64,000 nucleotides of DNA, from contig CAWJIM010000021.1 in the NCBI GenBank assembly GCA_963842945.1, positions 1 to 64,000 of the forward strand. Reading direction: 5' to 3'. This document shows, piece after piece, positions 1 through 10,545 of this stretch (the first letter of the stretch is position 1; each line of letters begins with the position of its first letter). The notes under the pieces are model-generated. The model was given only the letters and a program-made list of their open reading frames with translations. It was not told where the DNA came from and made no database searches. The stretch comes from an uncultured Gemmatimonadales bacterium (GTDB taxonomy: Bacteria; Gemmatimonadota; Gemmatimonadetes; Gemmatimonadales; GWC2-71-9). The position numbers were made by a program, and so were the translations under genes.

Positions 1-60
1 CGCCAGCGTGGTGGCGAGCGTGCCGCCAAGAAAGAAGAGACGAGTCCCTCGCTTGGTCAC
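1..60 (-). CDS. 5' end of a gene truncated by the window edge (MTKRGTRLFFLGGTLATTLA...), probably a signal peptide or membrane anchor
   Basis: GTG at 60-58 preceded by GGAGG SD; basic then hydrophobic N-terminus. Only 20 codons are visible. Confidence 0.5.
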   Translation of the reverse strand, partial: MTKRGTRLFFLGGTLATTLA

Positions 61-101
61 GGATGACCTCCGAGCCGGCCTAGTCGGGGCCGGTTTTTGC
101 C

Positions 102-221
102 TTAGACGCCGATGGCGCTGTAATTAGTGAGGCTTATCACGACGGCGTAACCGCCCGCGATGGCGAGGACCGCCAGCACTACCAGGCAGAGCACCTTAGG
201 CAGCGTCGAGTCAGGCGTCAT
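102..221 (-). CDS. 39-aa single-TM small protein (MTPDSTLPKVLCLVVLAVLAIAGGYAVVISLTNYSAIGV)
   Basis: Hand translation, ATG 221-219 to TAA 104-102; long hydrophobic stretch; below the ORF-track cutoff. Confidence 0.55.
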   Translation of the reverse strand: MTPDSTLPKVLCLVVLAVLAIAGGYAVVISLTNYSAIGV

Positions 222-329
222 GGGATCCACGTGCAGGGTACCTCGGCTCGGTCAGCGGACTCGCTCTCGCCGGTCGGGGGCAGGAATCCCAACCTATTAC
301 GGCCATCTGCACTCGTCCAGTCCAGAGGC

Positions 330-392
330 AAAGGTCCCAGCCCGGGGATGATCTCCAGGCGAGGGCTTTCGTTTAGAGTTATCGTCCTGGGT
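330..392 (-). repeat. Degenerate direct copy of the tRNA-Ile 3' end and terminator (att-like scar)
   Basis: gatgatctccaggcgagggctttcgtttagagttatcgtcctgggt aligns with gatgatctccgggcggggctttcgtttagatccatgggcctgggt at 743-787. Confidence 0.7.
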
Positions 393-723
393 TGGTTTCC
401 GAGTCGAGGTCTGCGCGATGATTACCAGCGACGTCAGTTACGAGGAGGTTACCCGCCGAACTTGGCGCCATACCGAAGGCGGCCTCAGTGATAGGTCGTC
501 GCTGCTACGCAGCACCGGGCTCTCCGCCCTGGCAGAGCTGCAGCTGGCCGGGGCCTGATCCTCTGTTACCTGGCGGGCGGAGGACCCGCAGACGGTTCTC
601 AAATGTTACCAGCGGCCCGATGAGCCCACGATGCGGGAAGCGCCCGAGGGAAGGAAGCCGTTGAAAGCCCTCGGCGGTAGCAATCGACACAGCAAATCGA
701 CACACCCACCCTATTCTGGCCCA

Positions 724-765
724 GGAAAAAGCCCCGCCAGGAGATGATCTCCGGGCGGGGCTTTC
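724..765 (-). terminator. Rho-independent terminator of tRNA-Ile
   Basis: Minus strand reads AAAGCCCCGCCCGGAGATCATCTCCTGGCGGGGCTTTTT: long GC stem followed by a U-tract, about 12 nt after the tRNA. Confidence 0.85.
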
Positions 766-776
766 GTTTAGATCCA

Positions 777-850
<74 letters not shown>

Positions 851-959
851 TAAGAGACGACAAATCAATAATTTCATCGGGGCCGGCGCAAGTCCGCGGG
901 GCCGGTGTTGCTGATTTGTGCTACTGCTCGGGCTCACCGTGAATATACATTCCCCCCTC

Positions 960-1838
960 ATGACGACCTCAGCCAACCCCGTGACCGCCTCGTTGCGGCA
1001 GCCCGCGCTCCAGTCGCCCGAATTCGGACTGGCCCTCGGGCTCGTCGTCGGGCGCTTTGCCCTCGACATGCAGGACCTGCATTACGGGTACTGGACCGAC
1101 GACCTCGAGCTGACGCCGCAGAACATGGCGCGGGCCCAGGCCCGCTACACCGACGAGCTGATGGCGGACATCCCCGCGGACGTGCGCTCGATTCTCGACG
1201 TTGGCTGCGGGGCGGGAAACACGGCGCACAAGCTGCTGGAACGGGGATACGAGGTCGACTGCGTCTCGCCCAACGCCTGGCTCACCGCGGAAGCCCGCCG
1301 GGTGCTGGGGACCCGGGCCAGGGTCTTCGAATCCAAGTTCGAGCACCTCACCCTGGACCGGACCTACGACCTGATCCTCTTCAGCGAAAGCTTCCTCTTC
1401 ATGAAGGCGGAGCAGGCGCTGGCGAAGGCGGAATCCGCGCTCCGGCCCGGCGGTTACATCCTGATCTCCGACATCTTCAAGCTCCCCGCCGACGAGAAGA
1501 GCCCGATCGGCGGGGGCCAGGACCTCCGCCGCTATCGCGCGCTGCTCGCCGCCTCGCGCTTCACCCAGCTCAAGGACACCGACATGACGGCGAATATCGC
1601 GCCGACGTTCGATCTCCTGAGCCGGGCCTACGTCGAGGCGATCGGCCCCGCCTACGGGCTCATCCTCGCGAAGCTCGAGGCGTCGTACCCCCTGCTGATG
1701 AAGTTCGTGCGCTGGAAGTGGCGGGCCAGGATCGCCCGCTACGAGGAGAAGCACTTCAGCGGCAAGCGGGACGGTGCGCACTTCATGAGGCACAAGTCGT
1801 ATCGGAGGATGCTGTACCAACTCAGCATGAATCCGTGA
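960..1838 (+). CDS. Class I SAM-dependent methyltransferase
   Basis: LHYGYW motif, ILDVGCGAG SAM-binding motif I, YDLILFSES, LRPGG. Confidence 0.9.
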   Translation: MTTSANPVTASLRQPALQSPEFGLALGLVVGRFALDMQDLHYGYWTDDLELTPQNMARAQARYTDELMADIPADVRSILDVGCGAGNTAHKLLERGYEVDCVSPNAWLTAEARRVLGTRARVFESKFEHLTLDRTYDLILFSESFLFMKAEQALAKAESALRPGGYILISDIFKLPADEKSPIGGGQDLRRYRALLAASRFTQLKDTDMTANIAPTFDLLSRAYVEAIGPAYGLILAKLEASYPLLMKFVRWKWRARIARYEEKHFSGKRDGAHFMRHKSYRRMLYQLSMNP

Positions 1839-1843
1839 AGCCC

Positions 1844-2126
1844 TCAGCGCGCCACCTTCAGGTTGTTGTGCACCTCGCGCACGCCGGTCACTGACTCCAC
1901 CAGCTCCTCGGCCAGAAGCCGGGCGTCGTTGCTGTCGACCACGCCCGCGCAGGGTAACCGCTCCGCCCTCGACCTCCACCTCGATCTCGGTGGCGTCCAG
2001 CTCCGGATCCTTGGTCAGGATCTCCTGCAGCTCCCGGGCAAGCGCGTCATCGGGCCGCCGCCGTTGGGCGATACGGCGCTCCCCGCCGCCCCGCTGCTCC
2101 TGCTGCCGCTCGCTATTGCGCGCCAT
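1844..2126 (-). CDS. BON domain protein (one frameshift near 1945)
   Basis: DDALARELQEILTKDPELDATEIEVEVEGGAVTLRG / V.SNDARLLAEELVESVTGVREVHNNLKV is a BON consensus; GGAAGGAG SD. Confidence 0.85.
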
Positions 2127-2206
2127 CGCTGTCTCCTTCCCGTCCACGTCCACGGCCGGCTTCCGATCGGCAACTTCGGCCTCCGGATGCAAGAAGGTCA
2201 CTTTCT

Positions 2207-2425
2207 TCAGCGGAGCTCCTCGTCCTCGTCGAAGTCCTCCAGCTCCTCCAGCTCTTCCTCGTCGAGATCGTCCTCGTCCTCGTCGTCGTCGAGATCGTCG
2301 TCCAGGTCCTCGTCGTCCTCATCCTCATCGTCGAAGGTAAACCCGTCATCCTCGAACTCGTCCTCGTCCTCGTCGAACTTGCGACGCAGCTCCGCGGGTT
2401 CCACCGACGTTTCCCTGGCCCACAT
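2207..2425 (-). CDS. Small, extremely acidic hypothetical protein (alternative start 2443)
   Basis: GGAGG SD 8 nt before ATG 2425; 42 of the last 55 residues are D or E; GAC/GAG codon usage typical of this genome. Confidence 0.7.
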   Translation of the reverse strand: MWARETSVEPAELRRKFDEDEDEFEDDGFTFDDEDEDDEDLDDDLDDDEDEDDLDEEELEELEDFDEDEELR

Positions 2426-2451
2426 GATGATATCCTCCGCCATCTAAGATG

Positions 2452-4304
2452 TTACGACGCGTCCGCCACCCGGGCGGCCCGGGCGGCCTTCTTGCGATCG
2501 TTCGCCGGCAACACCCGCTTGCGGAGGCGGATGGTCTTCGGCGTCACCTCGATCAGCTCGTCCTCCTCGATGTACTCGAGGGCGTATTCGAGGGTGATCT
2601 CGCGGGGCGGCTCCAGGATGACGTTCTCGTCCGAGGCCGTCGTCCGCATGTTGGTGAGCTTCTTTTCCTTCGTGACGTTGACGTCCAGGTCGCCCGGGAC
2701 GGGAGTTCTCGCCCGCGAGCATGCCCTCGTAGACCAGGTCGCCCGGTTCCACGAACATCTGGGCCCGCTCCTGCAGATTGCCGAGGGCAAAGGCCACGAC
2801 CGAGCCCTCGCGATCCGCGATCAGCACCCCGCGCTTCCGTCCCGCCAGCGGACCGGCCCAGGGCCCGTAGTCGAGGAAGCGGTGGTGCATGATCCCGGTG
2901 CCCGCGGGTGTCGGTCAGGAACTCCGACCGATACCCGAAGAGGCCGCGGGCCGGAATCCGGAAGCTCATGCGGACCATGCCCTGGCCGGGTTCTTCATCT
3001 CGATCATCTCGGTGCGCCGGGGCCCCAGCTTCTCCATGACGACGCCCATGTACTCCTCAGGCACATCGATCATCAGCTCCTCATAGGGCTCCAGCCGCTC
3101 GCCGTCGGGGCCGAGCTTGGTGATGACCCGGGGACGGGACACCTGGAACTCGAATCCCTCGCGCCGCATGGTCTCCATGAGGATGCCGAGGTGGAGCTCG
3201 CCGCGACCGGACACACTGTGGGTGTCGGGACTGTCGGTCTCCTCCACCCGCAGCGCCACATTGCGCTCCAGCTCCCGGTACAGGCGGTCCTTCAGCTGGC
3301 GGCTGGTGACGTACTTCCCATCCCGCCCGGCGAAAGGACCGTTGTTGACGATGAAGTCCACCGAGATGGTCGGCTCCTCCACCGCAATCCCCTCCATCCG
3401 CTCGGGCACGTCCACCGAGGTGAAGGTCTTGCCGATTTCGATCTTCTCGAACCCGGAGAGCGCCACGATGTCGCCGGCCTCCGCCTCCTGGACCTCCACC
3501 CGGTTCAGCCCATCGAAGGTGTAGAGCCGGGTGACCCGGTTCCGCTCGACATCTTCTCCTTCCGGGACCAGCCCGGGCTCGCCCAGCGGGAGGAGAACGA
3601 CGTTGTCGCCCACCCGGACCCGTCCCCGCTCGATGCGCCCGATCGCGATCCGGCCGATGAAGCTGGAGAAGTCGAGGGTCGAGACCAGCATCTGGAACGG
3701 CCCCTCAGGATCGCCCTTGGGCTCCGGCACATGATCCAGGATGGACTGGAACAGCGGCGTCGAGATCGGTGCCCGGCTTGCTCCAGATCGTTGGTGGCGG
3801 TGCCGGCGCGGCTCGACGTATAAAGGAAGGGAGCGTCGAGCTGCTCGTGGGTGGCCTCGAGGTCGATGAAGAGGCCGAGCACCTCATCGTGGACCCGCAG
3901 GGGCTCGGCGTCCGACCGGTCGATCTTGTTGATGGCCACGATCGGCCGGAGCCCCAGGCGCGAGCGCCTTGCGGGTGACGAACCGGGTCTGCGGCATCGG
4001 GCCCCTCGGCCGCATCGACCAGGATCAGCACCCCATCCACCATCCGGAGAATCCGCTCGACCTCACCGCCGAAGTCCGCGTGGCCCGGAGTATCGACGAT
4101 GTTGATCTTGGTGCCGTGCCAGCGCACCGCCGTGTTCTTGGCCAGAATGGTGATGCCCCGCTCACGCTCGAGCGGGTTGGAGTCCATCACGCGCTCCTCC
4201 ACCTGCTGGTTGGCCCGAAACGCTCCCGCCTGCCGGAGCATCTGGTCCACCAGGGTAGTTTTGCCGTGATCGACATGGGCGATGATCGCCAAGTTACGGA
4301 TCAA
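2452..4304 (-). CDS. typA: Translational GTPase TypA/BipA (about 5 frameshifts)
   Basis: [53 protein letters not shown] and C-terminal KKLTNMR...[18 protein letters not shown], spread over several frames. Confidence 0.95.
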
Positions 4305-4401
4305 TGGCGCATCCAGCGTTGACCTGAACGGAGGAGGCCCGGACGCCCGGGCCTCCGCGGCGCATATATAGGTGGCTCGGTGCGTGGTGGCAAGGTTTTT
4401 T

Positions 4402-4511
4402 GGAGGGACGGGAAGGACGGGAAGGACGGGAAAGACGGGAGGGTATGCAGCTGGAGGGTGGCAGTAACGTGAGCCTGATACAGCCTTCCCCGTCTCCCGT
4501 CCTTCCCGTCC
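4402..4511. repeat. Tandem-repeat hairpin element, 9-mer unit GGAAGGACG
   Basis: Left arm (GGARRGACG)x4 at 4402-4443; right arm CCTTCCC CGTCTCC CGTCCTTCC CGTCC at 4484-4511, abutting the CDF stop. Confidence 0.85.
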
Positions 4512-5489
4512 TAATGACTATGTCCATGATGCACTCCCTTTCCCGAAACCGCCCGCGGTTCCTCGCACTCGTGCTGGACCTCGAGCTGAATCGTGACGTG
4601 AGCGATACCCAGACCCGCCATCTGCACCCGAATGCCCTCCAGCACCTCCGGATGGGACGCCAGCTCCGGCACGATGGCATGGCCGCTCATGGCAACCAGG
4701 CCGCTGGTCACCGTCCAGACGTGCAGGTCGTGCACCGCGGTGACCCCGGGGACATCGAGCATCCGGCGCTCGACTTCGGGCATGGAGATGTGGCCAGGAA
4801 CGCCCTCCAGCAGGATGTCGGTGCTTTCCCGGATCAGCCGCCAGGCTCCCACCAGGATCAGCAGGGCTAATACAATGGAGATAATCGGATCGGCCAGGAC
4901 CCATCCGGTGAGCCAGATGACCGCGGCCGCAGCCAGCGCCCCGGCAGAACCGAGGGCGTCGCCCAGGACGTGGAGGTAGGCTCCCCTGGTGTTCAGGCTG
5001 CCGTGCCGGAGGTCGTGCAGCATTCTCAGGCTGATCAGGTTCACCACCAGACCCGCCGCGGCCACAATCAGGAAGAGCTGGGCCTGGATCGGCTGGGGCT
5101 GCTGAATCCGCCGGACGGCCTCCACGATTACCCAGGCGGCGATCCCAAAGAGAGCCGCGCCATTGACCAGCGCCGCCAGGATCTCCCACCGTTGGTAGCC
5201 GAAGGTCTTGTTGTCGTGTGGCGGGCCGGAGGGCGATCCATCCGCTGAGAAGAGAGAGACCGAGGGCGCCGGCATCGGTGAGCATATGACCGGCGTCGGC
5301 CAGCAGGGCCAGAGAGCCGCTGATCCAGCCGCCTACTGCCTCGATCAGCATGAAGACCAGGGTCAGGCCCAGGACGACGGCGAGGCGGGGCAGCGGGGCA
5401 GCGGGGCGGCTGGAGGTGAGTGAAATACAGTCGTCCCGCAACGTTCCTGACCTCGCGCCAGATCGAGTAGGAATTCGGGCCCCAAACAT
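4511..5489 (-). CDS. Cation diffusion facilitator (CzcD/ZitB-like Zn/Co/Cd exporter), frameshift near 5220
   Basis: [50 protein letters not shown], His-rich C-tail. Confidence 0.92.
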
Positions 5490-5537
5490 GACTTGAATTT
5501 AGCCTGCCTGGCTGCCGCGCTGCCCCGCGGACCCGCC
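5384..5537. repeat. Tandem-repeat hairpin element, 8-mer unit AGCGGGGC, straddling the hisD stop and CDF start
   Basis: Left arm GGCGGGGC AGCGGGGC AGCGGGGC GGC at 5384-5410; right arm GCTGCCGC GCTGCCCC GCGGACCC GCC within 5502-5537. Confidence 0.75.
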
Positions 5538-6806
5538 TACGCGCAAGCGTACAGCCTCTGCATGCGCAAACAGTCCCTCGGCCTCAGCCAGGGCGATGAT
5601 GGCGTCGGCGTCGCTGGCCAGCCGGCTTTCGGCATAGCGGATGATGCTGGTTCGTTTGACGAAGTCGTAGACCCCGAGCGGGGAGGCGTAGCGCGCGGTG
5701 CCTCCGGTCGGCAGCACGTGGCTGGGCCCGGCCACATAGTCGCCCACCGGTGCCGGAGTGCTGTCGCCCAGAAAGATTGCCCCAGCGTTCCGGATGGAGC
5801 CGGCAATGCGCTCGGGGCCGTCGGCAGCGATCTGCACGTGCTTCGGGGCCCGCCGGTTCACCACCTCGATGGCCTCTCGCATCGATCCGGCCAGAACGAT
5901 GAGACCGTTGCGATCCAGAGCCTGCCGGGCGATCGCTTCCCTCGGTGTGGCGACCAGAGCCGCTTCCAGCGCCGCCGTCAGCACCTCCGCGAGGTCCGGA
6001 CTGGTTGTCACACACCAGCTGGTGGCGTCCTCGTCGTGCTCCGCTTGCGCGATCAGGTCAGCCGCAACCCGCTCCGGCAGGGCGCTCTCGTCCGCGATGA
6101 TGAGGAGCTCGGTGGGCCCGGCGATCATGTCTATCCCCACGTATCCCGCCACCTGACGTTTGGCCTCGGCTACCCAGCGATTTCCCGGTCCGACGATCTT
6201 GTCGACCCGCGGAATGGTAAGGGTCCCGTAGGCCAGTGCCGCGACCGCCTGGACTCCGCCGATCTGGAACACCCGGGTGACCCCGGACAGGGCGCAGGCC
6301 GCCAGCACCACATCGGTTACGCCTCCGGGCGGAATGACCGCGATGATCTCCTGCACCCCGGCCACCAGGGCCGGAACCGCGTTCATGATGACCGACGAGG
6401 GGTAGGACGCCTTTCCGCCCGGGATATAGAGGCCCACCCGGTCGAGAGGCGCCACTCTCATTCCAACCAGGCTGCCGTCCGGCTCCGCCAGATGATAGCC
6501 GTTGTCGCGCTGGCGTTGGTGGTATTCAGTGACCCGCCGGACCGACCGGCAGAGGGCCTCCCGCAACGGCGCTGCGACCTGGTTCAGGGCCCCCTGCCAG
6601 CTGGCGGTATCGAGCTCCCACTCCTCGGGCGCAAGCTCCACCTGGTCGTATTGGCGGGTGTACTCGGCGACCGCAAGATCACCCCGGGCAAGCACGTCAT
6701 CCAAAATCGCAGCAACGGTTTGGCGGGTGGCATGGTCGGCGCCGGCGAGTCGCGGGAGATAAGGATCCAGCGCCTCGAAAGGAGGGACCGTCAGCCTGCG
6801 GATCAC
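5499..6806 (-). CDS. hisD: Histidinol dehydrogenase
   Basis: [51 protein letters not shown]. Confidence 0.95.
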   Translation of the reverse strand: MIRRLTVPPFEALDPYLPRLAGADHATRQTVAAILDDVLARGDLAVAEYTRQYDQVELAPEEWELDTASWQGALNQVAAPLREALCRSVRRVTEYHQRQRDNGYHLAEPDGSLVGMRVAPLDRVGLYIPGGKASYPSSVIMNAVPALVAGVQEIIAVIPPGGVTDVVLAACALSGVTRVFQIGGVQAVAALAYGTLTIPRVDKIVGPGNRWVAEAKRQVAGYVGIDMIAGPTELLIIADESALPERVAADLIAQAEHDEDATSWCVTTSPDLAEVLTAALEAALVATPREAIARQALDRNGLIVLAGSMREAIEVVNRRAPKHVQIAADGPERIAGSIRNAGAIFLGDSTPAPVGDYVAGPSHVLPTGGTARYASPLGVYDFVKRTSIIRYAESRLASDADAIIALAEAEGLFAHAEAVRLRVGGSAGQRGSQAG

Positions 6807-6851
6807 TGAATCCCTCGCACGAACATCGCCCCAAGGTTACGCTTGAACAGT

Positions 6852-8207
6852 ATGGAAGAGACCCAGCCAGGCTCGATCGGCCTGCGGCTACTGGCGTTGG
6901 TGGTCTTGGTGGTCGCGAATGCTTTTTTCGTGGCGGCCGAGTTCGCCCTCGTGTCGGCCCGGCGCACTCGTATCGAGGCAATGGTTCGGCAGGGCGATAG
7001 AAAGGCTAAGGCGGTGCAGGCAGCGCAACAAGACCTCTACCGCCAGCTCTCCGCCGCGCAGCTGGGAATCACCGTCGCCTCGATCCTGCTCGGGTTCGTG
7101 GCCGAAGATACCGTCGCCTTCTTCCTTCGCGATTGGTTCGCCTCACTTCCGACCTGGCTCACCTTCCTGGCCCGCGGCGGGATTGCCTCCGTGATTGCCA
7201 TTTCGTTGATCTCCTTCCTCCACGTCGTGTTTGGGGAACAGGCACCGAAGGCACTCGCCATTACCTACCCGGAATCGGTGAGTCGCTGGGTGGCCACACC
7301 GCTCCTGATCTTCTCCTGGATCACCCGCCCGGCAACCGGCCTGCTCAATTCCAGCGCCAACTGGCTGATCCGCCTCATGGGAATCAAGGACGCGGCGTCG
7401 GAGCTGGAACGGATCCATTCGCCGGAAGAGATCCGGATGCTGGTGGAGCAAAGCGAGGAAGGCGGCGGCCTGCAGCAACAGGACGCCCGGCTACTCGAGG
7501 GCGTGTTCGAGTTCAGTGAGAAGACCGCCCAGGAAGTGATGACACCTCGGACCCAGATGGCCGCGCTGGAGGCCGACCTCACGGTCGAAGCAGCGGCCGA
7601 CCAGGTGGCCATTCACGGCCGCTCCCGCTATCCCGCGTATACCGAGTCGCTGGACGACATCATCGGTGTGGTGCACGCCAAGGACATACTCTCCGCCCTG
7701 CGCTCCCGGCCGGGACAGACCATCCGGGTGATCATGCGGCCTCCGCTCTTCGTCCCCGGAACCCGCGAGGTGGAGGACGTGCTGGCCGATATGAAGCGGC
7801 TCAAGACTCACCTGGCCCTGGTGCTGGACGAGTACGGCGGGACTGCCGGCCTGGTGACCATGGAAGACCTGCTGGAGGAGATTGTCGGGCCGATCTACGA
7901 CGAGCACGATCCACAGGATCGCTCTGGCCACGAGGAGGGCGGCCCCGGCTGGACGGCTCCATGCCGATCTCGGAGTTCAACACGGAGTACGAGGGCGCCC
8001 TGGACGATACCGACTACACCACCATCGGTGGCTATATCTTCGGCCAGCTCGGCCGGCTGCCGCGGGTGGGAGACCGGGTGACTGAGGGGCCATTCACCTT
8101 CGAGGTGGTCGAGATGGACGGCCGCCGGGTGAAGACGCATCAGACTGCACATTGCCCGGCCGGAGGAGGCCACGGCAGAGAACCCTACGGCCGCAAAGCC
8201 GGCGTAG
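6852..8207 (+). CDS. HlyC/CorC family protein (DUF21-CBS-CBS-CorC), frameshifts near 7945 and 8137
   Basis: NAFFVAAEFALVS, AQLGIT, VFGEQAPK, VMTPR, VLDEYGGTAGLVTMEDLLEEIVG, DYTTIGGY. Confidence 0.92.
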
Positions 8208-9189
8208 CGGTTCGTTCGCCGGCGGCGAGCTGGGTCGCCAGCTCCAAGGCGGCCCGCATGCTGGACGGATCGGCCTTTCCAGCACCGGCGATGTCCAGAG
8301 CCGTGCCGTGATCCGGTGAGGTCCGCGGAAACGGCAGGCCCAACGTGACGTTTACCGCCCGGCCGAATGCGGCCACCTTGATCGCGGTCATGCCGACGTC
8401 GTGGTAGGGCGCCAGCACCGCATCGAACTCACCCCGCAATGCCCGAACGAACACGGTGTCCGCCGGAAGAGGGCCAGCCGCCTCAAGCGCGCGCGCGGCC
8501 GGACCCAGCACTCTCTCCTCCTCGTCGCCGAAGAGTCCCGATTCGCCGGCATGAGGATTCACGGCGCAGACCGCGAGTCGAGGCCGTTCCATTCCCCACC
8601 AGTCGCGCAACGCCGCCTGCACCACCCGCCCTGTGCGTATCACCCGATCGGTCGTGAGCAAGGCGGGGACATCGCGGAAGGGCACGTGGGTGGTTACCAG
8701 CACGACTCGAAGGGTGGGCCCGCCATCGAGGCGCCCCTCCGCCGCCAGCATCATGGCGACGTCGACGTCTCCGGCCAGGTGGGCCAGCCACTCGGTGTGT
8801 CCGGGATAGGGAAATCCTGCCAGGTGAAGCGCGTGCTTGTGGGCGGGAGCGGTGACAATGGCGTCTACCTCACCGCTGAGGGCGAGCTTGGCCGCGGTCT
8901 CCACCGCGTTGCCGGCGATGCGGCCCGCCCGCATGGTCCGGCTCCGGTCAGAGCTCTCGCCGGCTCCCAGACCCCAGGTGCCCACGCTGACCCGGCGGTC
9001 GGCCGGGATCGAGCCGAGCTGATCGTCGGCTCCGACCAGCGTAATCTCTGCCGGCAGCGGCCGAGCCAGGGCGCTCGCGGTGATCTCGGGACCGATTCCG
9101 CGGGGATCACCCAGCGTCACCGCGATCCGCGGCCGCTTTCCCGCCCTCGCCGACTTCCGCGTCCTCTCCGTCCTCTCTTACCGGCCCAT
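8185..9189 (-). CDS. pdxA: 4-hydroxythreonine-4-phosphate dehydrogenase (start uncertain, 9189 or 9120)
   Basis: RIAVTLGDPRGIGPE, VTAPAHK, GHTEWL, TTHVP, NPHAGE, YHDVG, RTSPDHGTALDIAG. Confidence 0.93.
9133..9183. repeat. Solo repeat arm, 9-mer unit GAGAGGACG (minus strand), at the pdxA N-terminus
   Basis: Minus strand reads GAGAGGACG GAGAGGACG CGGAAGTCG GCGAGGGCG GGAAAGCGG. Confidence 0.55.
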
Positions 9190-9200
9190 GAGGGCCGGCC

Positions 9201-10545
9201 TCAGGTCCTGATCTCGACGTAGGTCGAGCGGCGCAGCCGGTCGAGATACCGCCTGATGGCGAGTTGCTGGCCGAGCTGCTCCCGGATGCGATCGTGTACG
9301 TCTTCGTACCTGATCTCGCCCTCGGGCCGGCGGTCGGTCACCTGGAGCACTACGAACTGGTCCCGAGCCGGAGCCCGGCATGGTGAACACCGGAAGAAAG
9401 GAGCCGGACGCAACGGAGTCACCCACGACCTTGGCATAGTTCTCCGGCAGCTTCGTGACCGGAACGCTCTCCGCTTGCCGTTCGGCCGAACGGTCGTGAT
9501 AGAGCCGCTGCAACGAATCGAAGGACGCGCCGGCCAGCAGCGCGCTCCGGATCGACTCGGCCCGGGCGCGCGCATTGTCCACCTGCGCCGAATCGATGTG
9601 CGGCACCAGCAGGATGTGCCGGGCCTGAACCTCGGCCGGCTGTACCCGCTCGACCTGAATGATGTGATAGCCGAAAGGCGATTCCACCGGATCTGAGATC
9701 ATGCCGGGCCGGAGCGTGAAAGCCACTTTCTCGAACTCCGGCACCATCACGCCCCGGCGGAACCAGTTGAGCGAGCCACCCTGTTCCTTCGACCCCGGGT
9801 CCTGGGAAAAGCGGCGGGCAGCGACGGCAAAGTCGGCGCCCCTCCGGAGCTCCAGTACGATCGAGTCGGCTTCCGCCTTGGTCCGGGCCTTGGCGGCGGG
9901 CGAAGGCATTGGAGTCACGACGATCTGGCGAAAGGAAATCGTGGCGGGGCGAGAGCCCAGTGACGCCTTCTGCTCCTCGAAGTACTGCTTCATCTCCTTT
10001 TCGGTGGGCGCGACCGGCTTGAGCTTGCCTTCGCTGCGCAACTTCTCGATCAGCCGATTCTGGTAGGCGGCCCTGCGCTGCTGGTCGGTCAACCAGCGGC
10101 GATACTCCTCGGGCGTCTGAAATCCTGCCTTCCTCAACTCCCCGGCATACTCGATCTCGGATTTGAAGTTGGTGCGGACCTTTCGCACCTGTTCTTCGAC
10201 TCCGCTGGCGATCTCCTCGTCGGTGACCTTGATGGAGGTGTCGCGCATGGCCTGTTGCACCAGCAGCTCCTCATCGATGATGGAGGAGACGATCTGCTGG
10301 CGTATCGCGTCGAAGCCCTTCGGCATTGTCGGGGAGCTTGGCCCCCTGGGACTGCCGGGAGAAAGAGCTCCTCGTCCACCTGGGAGGCCAGCACCGGCCG
10401 ATTGCCCACCACCGCCAACACCCGATCGACCACGAACGTGCTGTCCCGCGGCGGAGCGGCTGGCAACGGTGGAGTCCTGGGCCGGGAGCGCGGCAGCAGT
10501 TCCCAGCGTCAGGAAGACCAGAGCACAGACTTCTCTCATACTCAT
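9201..10545 (-). CDS. SurA-like peptidyl-prolyl isomerase/chaperone (frameshifted)
   Basis: Signal peptide, VDRVLAVVG, IDEELLVQQA, parvulin motifs ADFAVAARRFSQDPGSKEQGGSL, SPFGYHII, ARHIL; upstream of pdxA as in surA-pdxA operons. Confidence 0.88.

Noticed and set aside
1863..2447. Poly-Ser ORF on the plus strand
   Set aside because: Antisense shadow of the GAC/GAG codons of the acidic protein.
2452..4304. typA and other broken genes as true pseudogenes or programmed frameshifts
   Set aside because: Indels are scattered across many normally conserved genes with intact motifs and no shared slippery site; sequencing error is more parsimonious.
5493..6809. Long antisense ORFs (opposite hisD, lepA, mfd, pckA and others)
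   Set aside because: Expected shadow ORFs in high-GC DNA; the opposite strand carries the recognisable gene.
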